A DNA stretch of 64,000 nt from the NCBI GenBank assembly GCA_964106645.2, contig OZ067041.1; one strand, given 5' to 3'. The first letter of the stretch is position 1. Every line of letters begins with the position of its first letter. The notes beneath the pieces are model-generated. The model saw nothing but the letters and a program-made list of their open reading frames with translations, searched no databases and was not told where the DNA came from. This stretch comes from Podarcis pityusensis (lineage: Eukaryota). The translations under genes were made by a program, and so were the position numbers. Positions 51,195 through 64,000 of the stretch are shown here, one piece after another.

Positions 51195-53626
51195 TGCATT
51201 TCAACTTTTTATTTTATTAAAATTGAGAGCAATGCACAGCACATGCAGTGCTAGCATCTAAACTAATACAATAAGCAATTACTAAACCTACAGTGACTTG
51301 AAGTTCAAATCTTTACATTCAGCAAGTTTAAATCCGTTCATTGCATATGATTAAACCCATTCTTTGCATATGATTGAATCCTTATCTGAACTGAATAATA
51401 TTGCTGGCTGTAAAACTTGCTAAAATGCTATTGCTGAATGTACAAGTCACTGATTATGCCAATACAACAAAGATAACCACATGTTTTGAGGATTGCAATG
51501 TGCCAGACATTCACTGGAAAAAAAACCACACAACTAAACAAAAACTCACGCAACAAACATCTGAGAATCTGGACACTTCACGTCAGTGTTTTGAAGTGTT
51601 TCATTAATATCTTAAGACAAGTGTATCAAAACCTTGGCATGTTTAATTTTAAAGTTGCCAATTTTTGTTTTACTATCAGNNNNNNNNNNNNNNNNNNNNN
51701 NNNNNNNNNNNNNNNNNNNNNNNNNNNNNNNNNNNNNNNNNNNNNNNNNNNNNNNNNNNNNNNNNNNNNNNNNNNNNNNNNNNNNNNNNNNNNNNNNNNN
51801 NNNNNNNNNNNNNNNNNNNNNNNNNNNNNNNNNNNNNNNNNNNNNNNNNNNNNNNNNNNNNNNNNNNNNNNNNNNNNNNNNNNNNNNNNNNNNNNNNNNN
51901 NNNNNNNNNNNNNNNNNNNNNNNNNNNNNNNNNNNNNNNNNNNNNNNNNNNNNNNNNNNNNNNNNNNNNNNNNNNNNNCATTATTCCCATGGTCCCAGTT
52001 TTAGAATCTAGTTCCTCCTCCTTAGACAAGNNNNNNNNNNNNNNNNNNNNNNNNNNNNNNNNNNNNNNNNNNNNNNNNNNNNNNNNNNNNNNNNNNNNNN
52101 NNNNNNNNNNNNNNNNNNNNNNNNNNNNNNNNNNNNNNNNNNNNNNNNNNNNNNNNNNNNNNNNNNNNNNNNNNNNNNNNNNNNNNNNNNNNNNNNNNNN
52201 NNNNNNNNNNNNNNNNNNNNNNNNNNNNNNNNNNNNNNNNNNNNNNNNNNNNNNNNNNNNNNNNNNNNNNNNNTTAGGAGATTTTGCTGTTGTCCTATGC
52301 CACTTAGACTAAGAGTTGGTAACAGCTCTGGCCGCAGAAGATAGCTCAGAGAAACTAAGTGGCAGAGGCATTTTACTGTTGGAAATACTTATCTTTGGCC
52401 AGATTCAGCATAACAGACTAAATACAATGGAAACCTATGCAACTAAAACTGACTAAAACTGCACTTGATAGCAGAATTGAAACCTTGTGCAGTTATGTAC
52501 ATTCCAACCTTTGTGATCTCAGAATTTGTTACTCTTCTGGAGCCATTTTACAAGTCTACAGTAAGCCAGTNNNNNNNNNNNNNNNNNNNNNNNNNNNNNN
52601 NNNNNNNNNNNNNNNNNNNNNNNNNNNNNNNNNNNNNNNNNNNNNNNNNNNNNNNNNNNNNNNNNNNNNNNNNNNNNNNNNNNNNNNNNNNNNNNNNNNA
52701 TCAGTCAGGCCCTTAAAAGGTGGACCCATCACTGTTGTGGTCAGCCATTCTACCATTTCAATTTTAATATGGCAGGCAATTTTGAAAAGTCTAAGTAGAT
52801 GAATTCTCCTAAAAACTATTTCAAGTTCAGACCTTTAAACATTCCCTGTAATGTTCCGCCTCCATTTGGCTAGCTCACATTAATAATCTGCCTAAACACT
52901 GGAATTGCTGTGTTTACTTGCATTAACTTTAAAACAGTGCTTGTATGCATGTATCCATACATCACTTCATCATCATCATCATGACTGGAATGGCTTATTA
53001 AAGACTATCAGGTTCTAAGTACCTATCCAGGATAGAGTGAGCAAATCAACTTTAACTTAGTACAGTTTTGCCACATTAGAAACTAATTCCATTGATATGC
53101 TTCAAGATGTTTTATTTTTTCAAATCTGAGTATCAAAGCCCTAATGCAGGCCACCGCACAAGTTTTTTTTTTGTAGTATAAAGTGGATGAATCAATGATT
53201 CCTGTAAGTTGTATCACACCTGCGTGCCAAGGTTTGATTTTTTTAAAGCCCAAGTAGAGTAATTTTGTCAAGACAATTGATAATCTTGGGCATTACTGAG
53301 CCAACAGGACATCAAAATAAAAAGTTGTCTAAAGTTAAAGGCACAGTACATTAACAAATGATCCTCAGTCACAAAATTATAAATACAGTCTGGGAGTAGG
53401 GGGGTGGAGGAGTTAATCTCAACTACAATGGAGTCTTTAAACCTTCAAAGTAGGGCTTCTGNNNNNNNNNNNNNNNNNNNNNNNNNNNNNNNNNNNNNNN
53501 NNNNNNNNNNNNNNNNNNNNNNNNNNNNNNNNNNNNNNNNNNNNNNNNNNNNNNNNNNNNNNNNNNNNNNNNNNNNNNNNNNNNNNNNNNNNNNNNNNNN
53601 NNNNNNNNNNNNNNGCAGCAAGCAGA
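51195..53626 (-). other. DDX3X: DDX3X 3'UTR (~2.4 kb) with tandem AATAAA at 51208-51218
   Basis: Follows the TGA at 53627-53629; minus strand reads AATAAAATAAAAAG followed by a GU/U-rich downstream element; contains four N runs. Confidence 0.75.
51680..53614. other. Four N runs (51680-51978, 52031-52273, 52571-52699, 53462-53614)
   Basis: Direct inspection; lengths 299, 243, 129 and 153 nt. Confidence 0.99.
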
Positions 53627-53758
<132 letters not shown>

Positions 53759-53831
53759 TTACCTTTACAATCTTATTTTCTACAGTTTGGGAAAAACCCG
53801 AGAGTTTAGATTTCCCCACCACCTTCCTTCA

Positions 53832-54047
<216 letters not shown>

Positions 54048-55005
54048 TTAGAAGACCACAGTTCCTTAAGTATGCTATTTAATACATGTCCTCATTCATT
54101 GCCCTTCATGTTGCTACATCAGAAAATTCAGTTAATCAAACATCTTAGCTAGTTCTTCAACAATTGCCAGTCCCTTGGCTAAAATTATGTACTATATTAA
54201 TTTTTAATGTTATGTATTTCATTTTCAATAAAAGATCATATTTCGGGAGAGGGGGCGCCAAGCAAAGCAATGCTGGCCCCAATCCATTTCAGAGCCAGTA
54301 TCTGAAGAAATGCCCACTTCCACATAAACCAGCCTAAATGCCTCTGGCAGCCCCTGCCTTCAGAGGCTGGGAGAGAAGCAGCCAGATAAAGGGCCTTCAC
54401 AGCTGTGGCTCCCAATCCGTAGAGCAGTCATCCAGCGCAGAATTGTGTATTGCCAGGTAAAAGGGAGTCTCGTACAAAGACCCAAGCAAACAGATCTGTT
54501 AAATACGCTTTGCTGCTTCAAAGTAATAGTTTATAAATGTTCGAGTTACAAGCCACCATGAGAGCTCTAGAAATTGAAGGACAACCATATTTCTCCTAAG
54601 ATATCCGCTGCTGATTAATAATAAAAATTAACTATTTTGATGGTGCTTAATAATGGAATCTTAAGAATTGTGTTACACCAAGCACCTTCTGCTGAGTAGG
54701 TTTATTATATGGGCCATACTCCACTAAAATATCATTTCCCCAGAGCCAGCCAGGGCCATGGTTTCAATTTTTTATCATGCTGCTCCATGTGTCCTCTTTT
54801 AAAAGCAACCTCTCCTGGCTAGTAATTACTATTCTTCTCATCCTGCAGAAAGGAAGAGCACTTTCTTCCACTGAAGGGCCAAAGGGAGGAATACAGAAGT
54901 AAAATATTATACTGCTATATGGAAGTCAAGTATTTTGCTTTGACGTTGGGTATCATTCCAGCTCATCTACATGACATCTAACTGCTTAGGGATTAACTCA
55001 ACTTA

Positions 55006-55185
<180 letters not shown>

Positions 55186-55464
55186 TTAAGGCAAGGTAAG
55201 GAAGCTGTATGTTCAAAATACCAAGAGCATGGGTAAGACATTTTCCTGAGTGCTCTCCAATTACAAAAACTTTTAATTACAACAGTAGCTGAACTGTAAA
55301 GCAGCATTCAAGAAATTTTGCACACAGGCATATAATGACATCCACCCTTTCCCACATTGAGGTAATCTGCCGTGTGCTTTGCAGGAATGGGAATATTTCA
55401 TGTGAATCTTTCACACATGCCTCTGTTAACCAAAGATCTTCTGCACAAAACCAGTTCTAGTCTA

Positions 55465-55716
<252 letters not shown>

Positions 55717-55743
55717 CTAATGAAGATAAAGAGTCAGCCATCA

Positions 55744-56112
<369 letters not shown>

Positions 56113-56205
56113 TTACTAGTCAAGCTAGCTGCATGCAGATTAAAGAAAAATATTCAAATATAGGAGAAAACAAGGAGGAAAAGTCTGAAGCTTTTCCTCC
56201 ACCTA

Positions 56206-56433
<228 letters not shown>

Positions 56434-56692
56434 TCAGTATGAGAGACAATTAAATAATGAATCCACCCCCATTAGACTTACCTATAGCTATAAGCTTCCA
56501 TGGACGCATACAAACTAGGTGTTTCTCTCCATATTTTAAACTAGAAACAAAGTATTCGGGTGGGGGGGAAATACTTAGAATTTTTCTTGTTCTCTACCTA
56601 TGGTTAGCTGCCTACAACAGCAGCTGCTTGCTGGGTTTGAGTATCACCACTTCTATAGTATGCTGACTCACTGGAAATGGGGCATTCAACTA

Positions 56693-56878
<186 letters not shown>

Positions 56879-56917
56879 TTAGGATTTCCAAGATTCCATG
56901 TTAATATGCTGCTGTCA

Positions 56918-57112
<195 letters not shown>

Positions 57113-57414
57113 CTATGGGAACAAAATTTAGTTTTAGAATTCAATACTTGAGATATCAAGTTCCTAGGAGCACAATACCACAGGGCTGGCTAATCTACAG
57201 GCCTCATGTGCCCATCCCCCTTGCCCTGGGATTTTTGCAGATTCCCTCACCCCAATTGTTTTTTGTTTTGTTAAGATTTTTCGGGGGGGGGGGGGATCAG
57301 TGACCACTACTGCTGTGATTCTGTGATACATGAAAGTTTTTTAACCACCCACCCAATTTTCCTCTTTTAAAAGTTAGTAATTTGTCACTTGCACCTTCAG
57401 CTCCTGTATTGTTA

Positions 57415-57612
<198 letters not shown>

Positions 57613-57899
57613 TTATTTCTCAACACAATCTGCTACCCAAGTGTTTACACCTTTTACTCTGCTCTTTCCATACAGGTTTTTAAAGGTTGTGGTCTGAATC
57701 CTGCAGTGTTCATGACTGCACCCAGGCAGGAGAACCACAAGCTGTGCCAGTAACTATTAGCATCACAGCTATTCTAGCAGAGTGACTGTCATCATAATCA
57801 AGATGCTGGCTACAACTGAACCTAGACCTACTATGGGTAATTCTGTGCAAACTCCATCCTGATGTGTAAACTTATTTGATGGCGGTGTCTTAAAATCAA

Positions 57900-58500
57900 T
57901 TCACCTTCTGTTATGGTGGAACCTGTTCTAGATGGGGTTCATCCCCCCTGAAAGAAATGCACTGTCTGGGAGTACTTCTGGATCCATTACTGTCACAGCA
58001 GGCACAAGTGGCCTTAGTGGACCAGTGCCTCCAACGGTTAGACTGGTGGACAGCCACTAGCATGCCTGGAGAGGGAAGGCCCAGTTTCTTAAGTCTATGT
58101 TACGGCAACCTCTGGGATAGATTACTGCAATGTGTTATGTGGGGCTGCCTTTGAAGACAGTCTAGAAACTGCAACTAGTGCAGAATTCAGCAACCAGATT
58201 GCTGCCTGGAACTACATCTGAACATACAACACCAGCAACCGCACTACAGGTTGACTACAGGTTTCTGGGTGGGCTCCATTCAAAGTGCTGGTTTTCACCT
58301 AAAGCTGTACACACATCTTATTGTCCTTTTTTCTGTGCTTCCTGAGAAGAGAGTTGAGGAGGGTGGCAACACAAAAAAGGCCTTTTCAGTGGTAGCCCCC
58401 TAGGTGTGTAATGTTGGGGAGAGGTGCCTGGCACAATTATCAGCTTTTAGGCAGTAGGCCAACATTTCGTCATTTACTCTGGCATTTGATTCTTATATGC
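57900..58500 (+). mobile_element. Degraded L2-clade LINE fragment in DDX3X intron 8
   Basis: LGVLLDPLLS and (I/L)DYCNVLCGAA...LQLVQNSATRLL remnants; boundaries approximate. Confidence 0.7.
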
Positions 58501-58739
58501 TATAATGGTACCCTAGCCTGCTTTAATATTTATCTTTTAGTGGGGTGCAAAAAAAAAAAATCCATTCTTTCTACAATATTGCAGGATGATTGCTTTTAGT
58601 AAATTATGTTGCTTTATGTAGTAAGCAATGAATAAATGTAATAAAGGGTATATTTGTACTCAAGATCTACATTTTTCAGCAATGTAACAGAGATGGCAAT
58701 GCGCACAGTGCTAAAGTGAAGTACTGTATTGTTTGTTTA

Positions 58740-58847
<108 letters not shown>

Positions 58848-59103
58848 TTAAAAAAAAAAAAAAAAAAAGACATTTAATCTTGAAAGCAATGCAAAAACAT
58901 TTTCATTCCATAAATCCCACCCAAATGTTATGCTCCATCCATCCTGTACTCATTTCAAGTTAATCTGAAACTGGCATTAAATTTAGGGTGGTATTTTAAA
59001 TCCTTGTACGTTTTACCAAATTATCGGTGTCCATGTTGTGCTAGAGTCAACTGCCAGTAAAGGGAATGGCCTATCCCTCACTATGTGCACCCAAGAACCC
59101 TCA

Positions 59104-59313
<210 letters not shown>

Positions 59314-59808
59314 TCAAGTTATTAAACAACCTGGTAAAAGCCCAAAAAGTTTGCTTTACACTCAGAAGAGGGGAAGGCAGAGGATAGGCGGAGAATTGCC
59401 CCTCATTTTCCAGCATCTTGCTAAAAGGCTGGATATCAACAAGTCTTGCAGTGGGTTAATGCAGATGGAAGAAACTTGCCATCTTACATAAGAATCAAAT
59501 GGGCTGGTGAGGAAGATGGGATGTCCCCTTCCTTTCTTGGTATCCCCTTTTGTTTATGCTGAATACAAAGGCAGCAAAGCATATTTCTCAAAGCGTAACA
59601 TAAAAATATAGTGTGCTGCTGGAGGCAAGGAGAGTTATGTTCCTCCTCCAACATCCTGCATTCATTCATCTGCATGCAATTCCATGTTGCCTATAGCAAT
59701 CACATAGATTATTAAAGACAAAGACTTCTAAGTAAAGTGTCCCTTTTGAAGGACCGTCAGATCCACAACGCTAATTTAAATGTATAAAAGTAGTCCCTTG
59801 GTATTCTA

Positions 59809-59973
<165 letters not shown>

Positions 59974-60032
59974 CTATCACACAGCACTGAATACCTGACT
60001 TACAGACCACCAGATCCCACTGCTAGTACTTA

Positions 60033-60209
<177 letters not shown>

Positions 60210-60959
60210 TTACATGAAATTACACTAAAACCAGTTTTCATGACAGTTTCTGTGATGTGATGTACTAAACACACTAATGAAGCTGCCTGGCTGCTTCAAA
60301 GTATTTTATGATATAATTAAACAATAAATCCGTATAACACCACAGCTATCTATTTCCCAAGATTTGACATCCCCTTGAGAAGGATATATTACCCCAATAT
60401 TTCAACTGTCTCATATATGAGGCATGTGGACAGAATACCAATGAAATTTGAGGTGGCACACCTGTTCAGATTGCATTTTAATCCACATTGGGAATTGGAC
60501 TATCATTTAACTCCTCTACTGCTCTCACAACACAATTCTGCCACATCCCCTTAACGCCCCAGCCTCCTGGTCCTTCATCAAACAAGGAGAAGGCTTACTG
60601 AAAGAGCTCCTTCCAATCCCAGATATATGCCATAACTGCAAAGTTGCTCTAAATTGTCATTCCCCTGTCTTTCTGCTGGGGCCTATGTGCTAATGCGAAG
60701 AAGGCACAAGGACTTCTATTATATGGATGTAAACTTTAGAAGTCCTACAGCAGTAAGTTGGTGGAAATGAGAGGGTAGCCCTATACACATAAAAATTAAC
60801 ATGCTGCAGTCAATGCAAGCCTAAGAGCTACAAAGCAGGCTTTCAACACAAAAAGCACATGTCTTAACCTCAGTCAGTTCTCCCCTATTTCTACAGATTA
60901 CTGAATGTTTTACAGTGGTGGCATTCACATTTTTAATGGGAAAAGAGCTACATTTTTAC

Positions 60960-61086
60960 CTTCCTCTTGAACCATTACCACGCTCAGCAAAAAAGCTTGA
61001 TTTTCCTGATCCACGGTCACTCCTTGCACCAAAGCTACTGTATGCAGCATCCCTGTCTCTGCCAGCATTCCACCCACCATCAAATC
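60960..61086 (-). CDS. DDX3X: DDX3X exon 4, GFDGGWNAGRDRDAAYSSFGARSDRGSGKSSFFAERGNGSRG
   Basis: Boundaries cctag|GA...AG|gtaaaa, 127 nt; AYSSFG and KSSFF motifs. Confidence 0.96.
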
Positions 61087-62043
61087 CTAGGAATAATAAA
61101 ATCACCAATGAAATCACTGATTGTGTAGATGCTCAGTGTAAAGATACAAAATCCCTCAAACCATCACCATGAAAATGTTTGAGTAATTAGCAGCCTGTCT
61201 TAAGAGAAATTCCCATATTTTATTGCACATTTTAAATCAAGGAAAGGCACTGAAATCGGGTGTTTTACTGCCAATATTGCAAGATGGCAGAGTTTAAAAA
61301 GCTGGTCCAGGGTGATCATGTAGCAAATTATATTCAAGAGGCAGCAGCCGATGATTCTCTCGAGCTGCAGCAAACCCCAAAAGCAAAGCCTAGAAATGTC
61401 CATTAGGACCCTGCCTACTTTTGTGCCCATGGCGTTGTAGTAGAGTATGGCCATTAGGCAACTTTTCGTGAATTATGTCATTATCTTATTCTAGTTACAA
61501 TTAATTTGTCTCAAGAAAAAAATGGCAACCTGGGCTGAAAATGAGACCTTCCCGGAGTCCATCAATGTGTCCACAGGTACACTGAAGCAAAGATGATGAA
61601 ATAGAAAGCAGTGAAAAGACCTGGAGACTGATGGTATTTCCTGACAGGCAAAATCTGGAGTCGGTGGTAACTGGTATAATGAGGCCACTCAGTGAGAAGC
61701 TTCACTGTTCTTGAGACATTCGTATGACTGTTTGATTTGGATAACTATACAACTCCAGAATTCTACGGTAGTATCCTATAGCTGTAACTATAATTATGGC
61801 TCCAGGATCCAAATTCAAATAACCAACAAGAATCAGTACTAATTCTGTAGCTTTCCAGCTGAGGGCAAAACAGCTCTGCAAATGGTACTTGATAAACAAA
61901 GCCTCAAACTTCCCTAAGAAGTCTCAACCTATGCTACTATAACCTGATCTAAGCTCTCTAGAAAGAAGCTGTCTTTATTGCCAAGAGCAGCAGTGGACAC
62001 TCAAGTTTTGTTGGATGAAAGGTGCCAGGTCTCCCTCGCCCAC

Positions 62044-62175
62044 CTCTGTCATCACGTCCAGATCCTCCTCTGGATCCAAACACACCACGATCACGATCGT
62101 AGCCATTCATCCGGCTGTCACGATCATATCCATTCATATAGCCATTACCTCCACGAGAGTCCCAGCTGGGGGAAT
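62044..62175 (-). CDS. DDX3X: DDX3X additional 132-nt exon, DSPSWDSRGGNGYMNGYDRDSRMNGYDRDRGVFGSRGGSGRDDR (An3/PL10-like)
   Basis: Boundaries ctctgccaaag|AT...AGA G|gtgggc, phase 1-1, open frame; resembles the Xenopus An3 N-terminal insert (WDS-RGGNGY-NG...RMNGYDR). Confidence 0.85.
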
Positions 62176-64000
62176 CTTTGGCAGAGAATAAAAAGTTACA
62201 AAATTAAAGGGTAAAATGCGCTAGCAAGTTCTTGCAAGCTCCACAGCATCAGTGCGACTTTTGCTGCCAGAAATTTACATGAAAGGCTCCTTTCTGGGAA
62301 AAGCAGAGTAGTGTTGGGCCTAAATTCTTGATTAGAAATGCAAGCCTTCGCCTGACATGGATGCTGCATTGTGAACCACTTTACAAAGCTGCAAACCAGG
62401 TTTTATAGAAAGTTGTGTATTTAGTTGAGCCAAGAGATTTTTTTTAAAAAAAGAAACTAATGCAGTGATTCGTATGTGTATTAGTTTTGTGCATCAATAC
62501 TTGCTGCCATGCTGAAAACAGAAGCATGTCCTAAAGAAAGCTAGTCAAACCGAATGAAGCAAGATTCAAGATCCTGTGCTAAACTTGGCAAATATATATT
62601 TTATTATGAATGGAATGACGACAGACCAGTCAACGATGAGTGTTGTATGTATTATTTTGATTACAAATCCTGCTTCCTAGTAAGAGCAGATTGCAGTATA
62701 AAGTTCATAAAATGATGTTTGAGTCTAAGCCAGTTTACTGATGCAAATGAACCTTGGTGAGCCTTGGGCTCACACACTTTCCTTGACACGCTAACAAGGA
62801 GTTCTGAAGGCTTCAACTTATATTTGTGCTTGACCACAACTTGTTATGCCTGGGGTGGCCACTGTGGTACTCTGGAGGACATCCATTAGAATTTGTGCCA
62901 TTGATATGTTTGTGATAGTGGGAAGACCAGATCTGCATTTTTTACTGTGCAGTCTTCACACTGCAATCTTTATTCTCATGGTCATTTTTTGGGTATCTGT
63001 TTTTTTCTACTGGATCCAATGTTTACTCAAGTCAAAATGTGTGCTTTCTGTCTGCAGGGGGAGATGGAAAGAGATGAGAAAGAAGCAACCAGTGGTGGTG
63101 ACGCCCACAGAACTCTCGTCATTCCAAATGTGCCCAATAGCCCAAAAAGATTGGTATCAATGCTAGATGTCCAAACTGACAAATTGGTGAATATTAACTA
63201 CAGAACCATTTGCAACAAGCCAAGTTGAAACCAGAATTAGCATTAACAGGCTTGTCAATTTGGACATAAACTGCACTTAACAGAAAAGAAGTCTTAACTC
63301 CTGTTGATGGCTGCACACCAAAGGAAGCACGAGAAGGAAGTGTACGAGTCCAAGGCTTGCTTGCATCACACTTAACTGTGATTTAGCATGATATCCAAAC
63401 TATCCCACTGTTACCTTAGGGGGTTGTATTGATTCTTCAATTCCTAGATGATGCTAACTACTTAAGCCCTAGTAAAAAGATTGTTCACTACAAGGTTTCT
63501 GTTCACTACAAGATCCTTCCACCGAGACACGTTTGGTACTTCCAAGATGCTGAATTTATTTGTCTGACTAGCAGAGCAATTGAACCTCTGTCCAGGCAGC
63601 TGCAGGGTTTAGCAGAGCCACTGCCACACCCACAGCACTGTCACTCACACTGGTCAGCTTGGAAGGCAAGAGCAGAGTTGTTGTAGCTACCAGGACCAAT
63701 GCAATTAATTGACAACAGTGGGGTCAGCTCAGGATCCAGCAGATCCCAGGCCAGCTGAATTACCCTGATCCCTCCCCAGTTGGGGACTTTTTATGAGCTG
63801 GTGGAGTGAAGCTTGCTGACAGTACTCCTACCAGTGAACATTTACAGTGGGTGAATAGGGAATCTGCACCGCCAGAGCAGATTGATCTGGACTCACAAGA
63901 GAGAGCCCCCTGCCACCACAGTAGATTAGGGAGTTGGACAGCACCCTAACATTTATACTTTCTGTATTTAACAATTTACTGTACATGTATTTCAGTTTTT

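Noticed and set aside
61978-62214. His-rich + strand ORF
   Set aside because: It is the antisense reading of the An3-like DDX3X exon

Overview
This window is vertebrate genomic DNA, most likely from a lacertid lizard (it carries a lacertid-type Sauria SINE plus squamate BovB, L2, CR1 and hAT repeats). It holds the conserved CASK-NYX-DDX3X block, equivalent to human Xp11.4. On the + strand are the last 9 established coding exons of CASK (PDZ-SH3 linker, SH3, HOOK, GK; stop at 27569). On the - strand are a complete two-coding-exon nyctalopin gene (NYX, 474 aa, 47691->41695) and DDX3X from an An3-like cassette exon through exon 17, with a ~2.4 kb 3'UTR interrupted by four N runs. DDX3X exons 1-3 and the upstream CASK exons lie outside the window. 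Nearly all other ORFs in the track are chance ORFs or transposon remnants. I found no new multi-gene system. The most interesting signals are at the splicing level: a clean candidate 27-nt in-frame microexon (LPKWCRKLP) in the CASK GK domain, a 132-nt DDX3X exon absent from canonical human DDX3X, two consecutive GC-AG introns around the helicase Walker A motif, and an in-frame alternative donor in the DDX3X inter-domain linker. Also notable are an atypical NYX C-terminus and a multi-layer nested transposon stack. Gene and repeat identities come from my recognition of the sequences, not from database searches.
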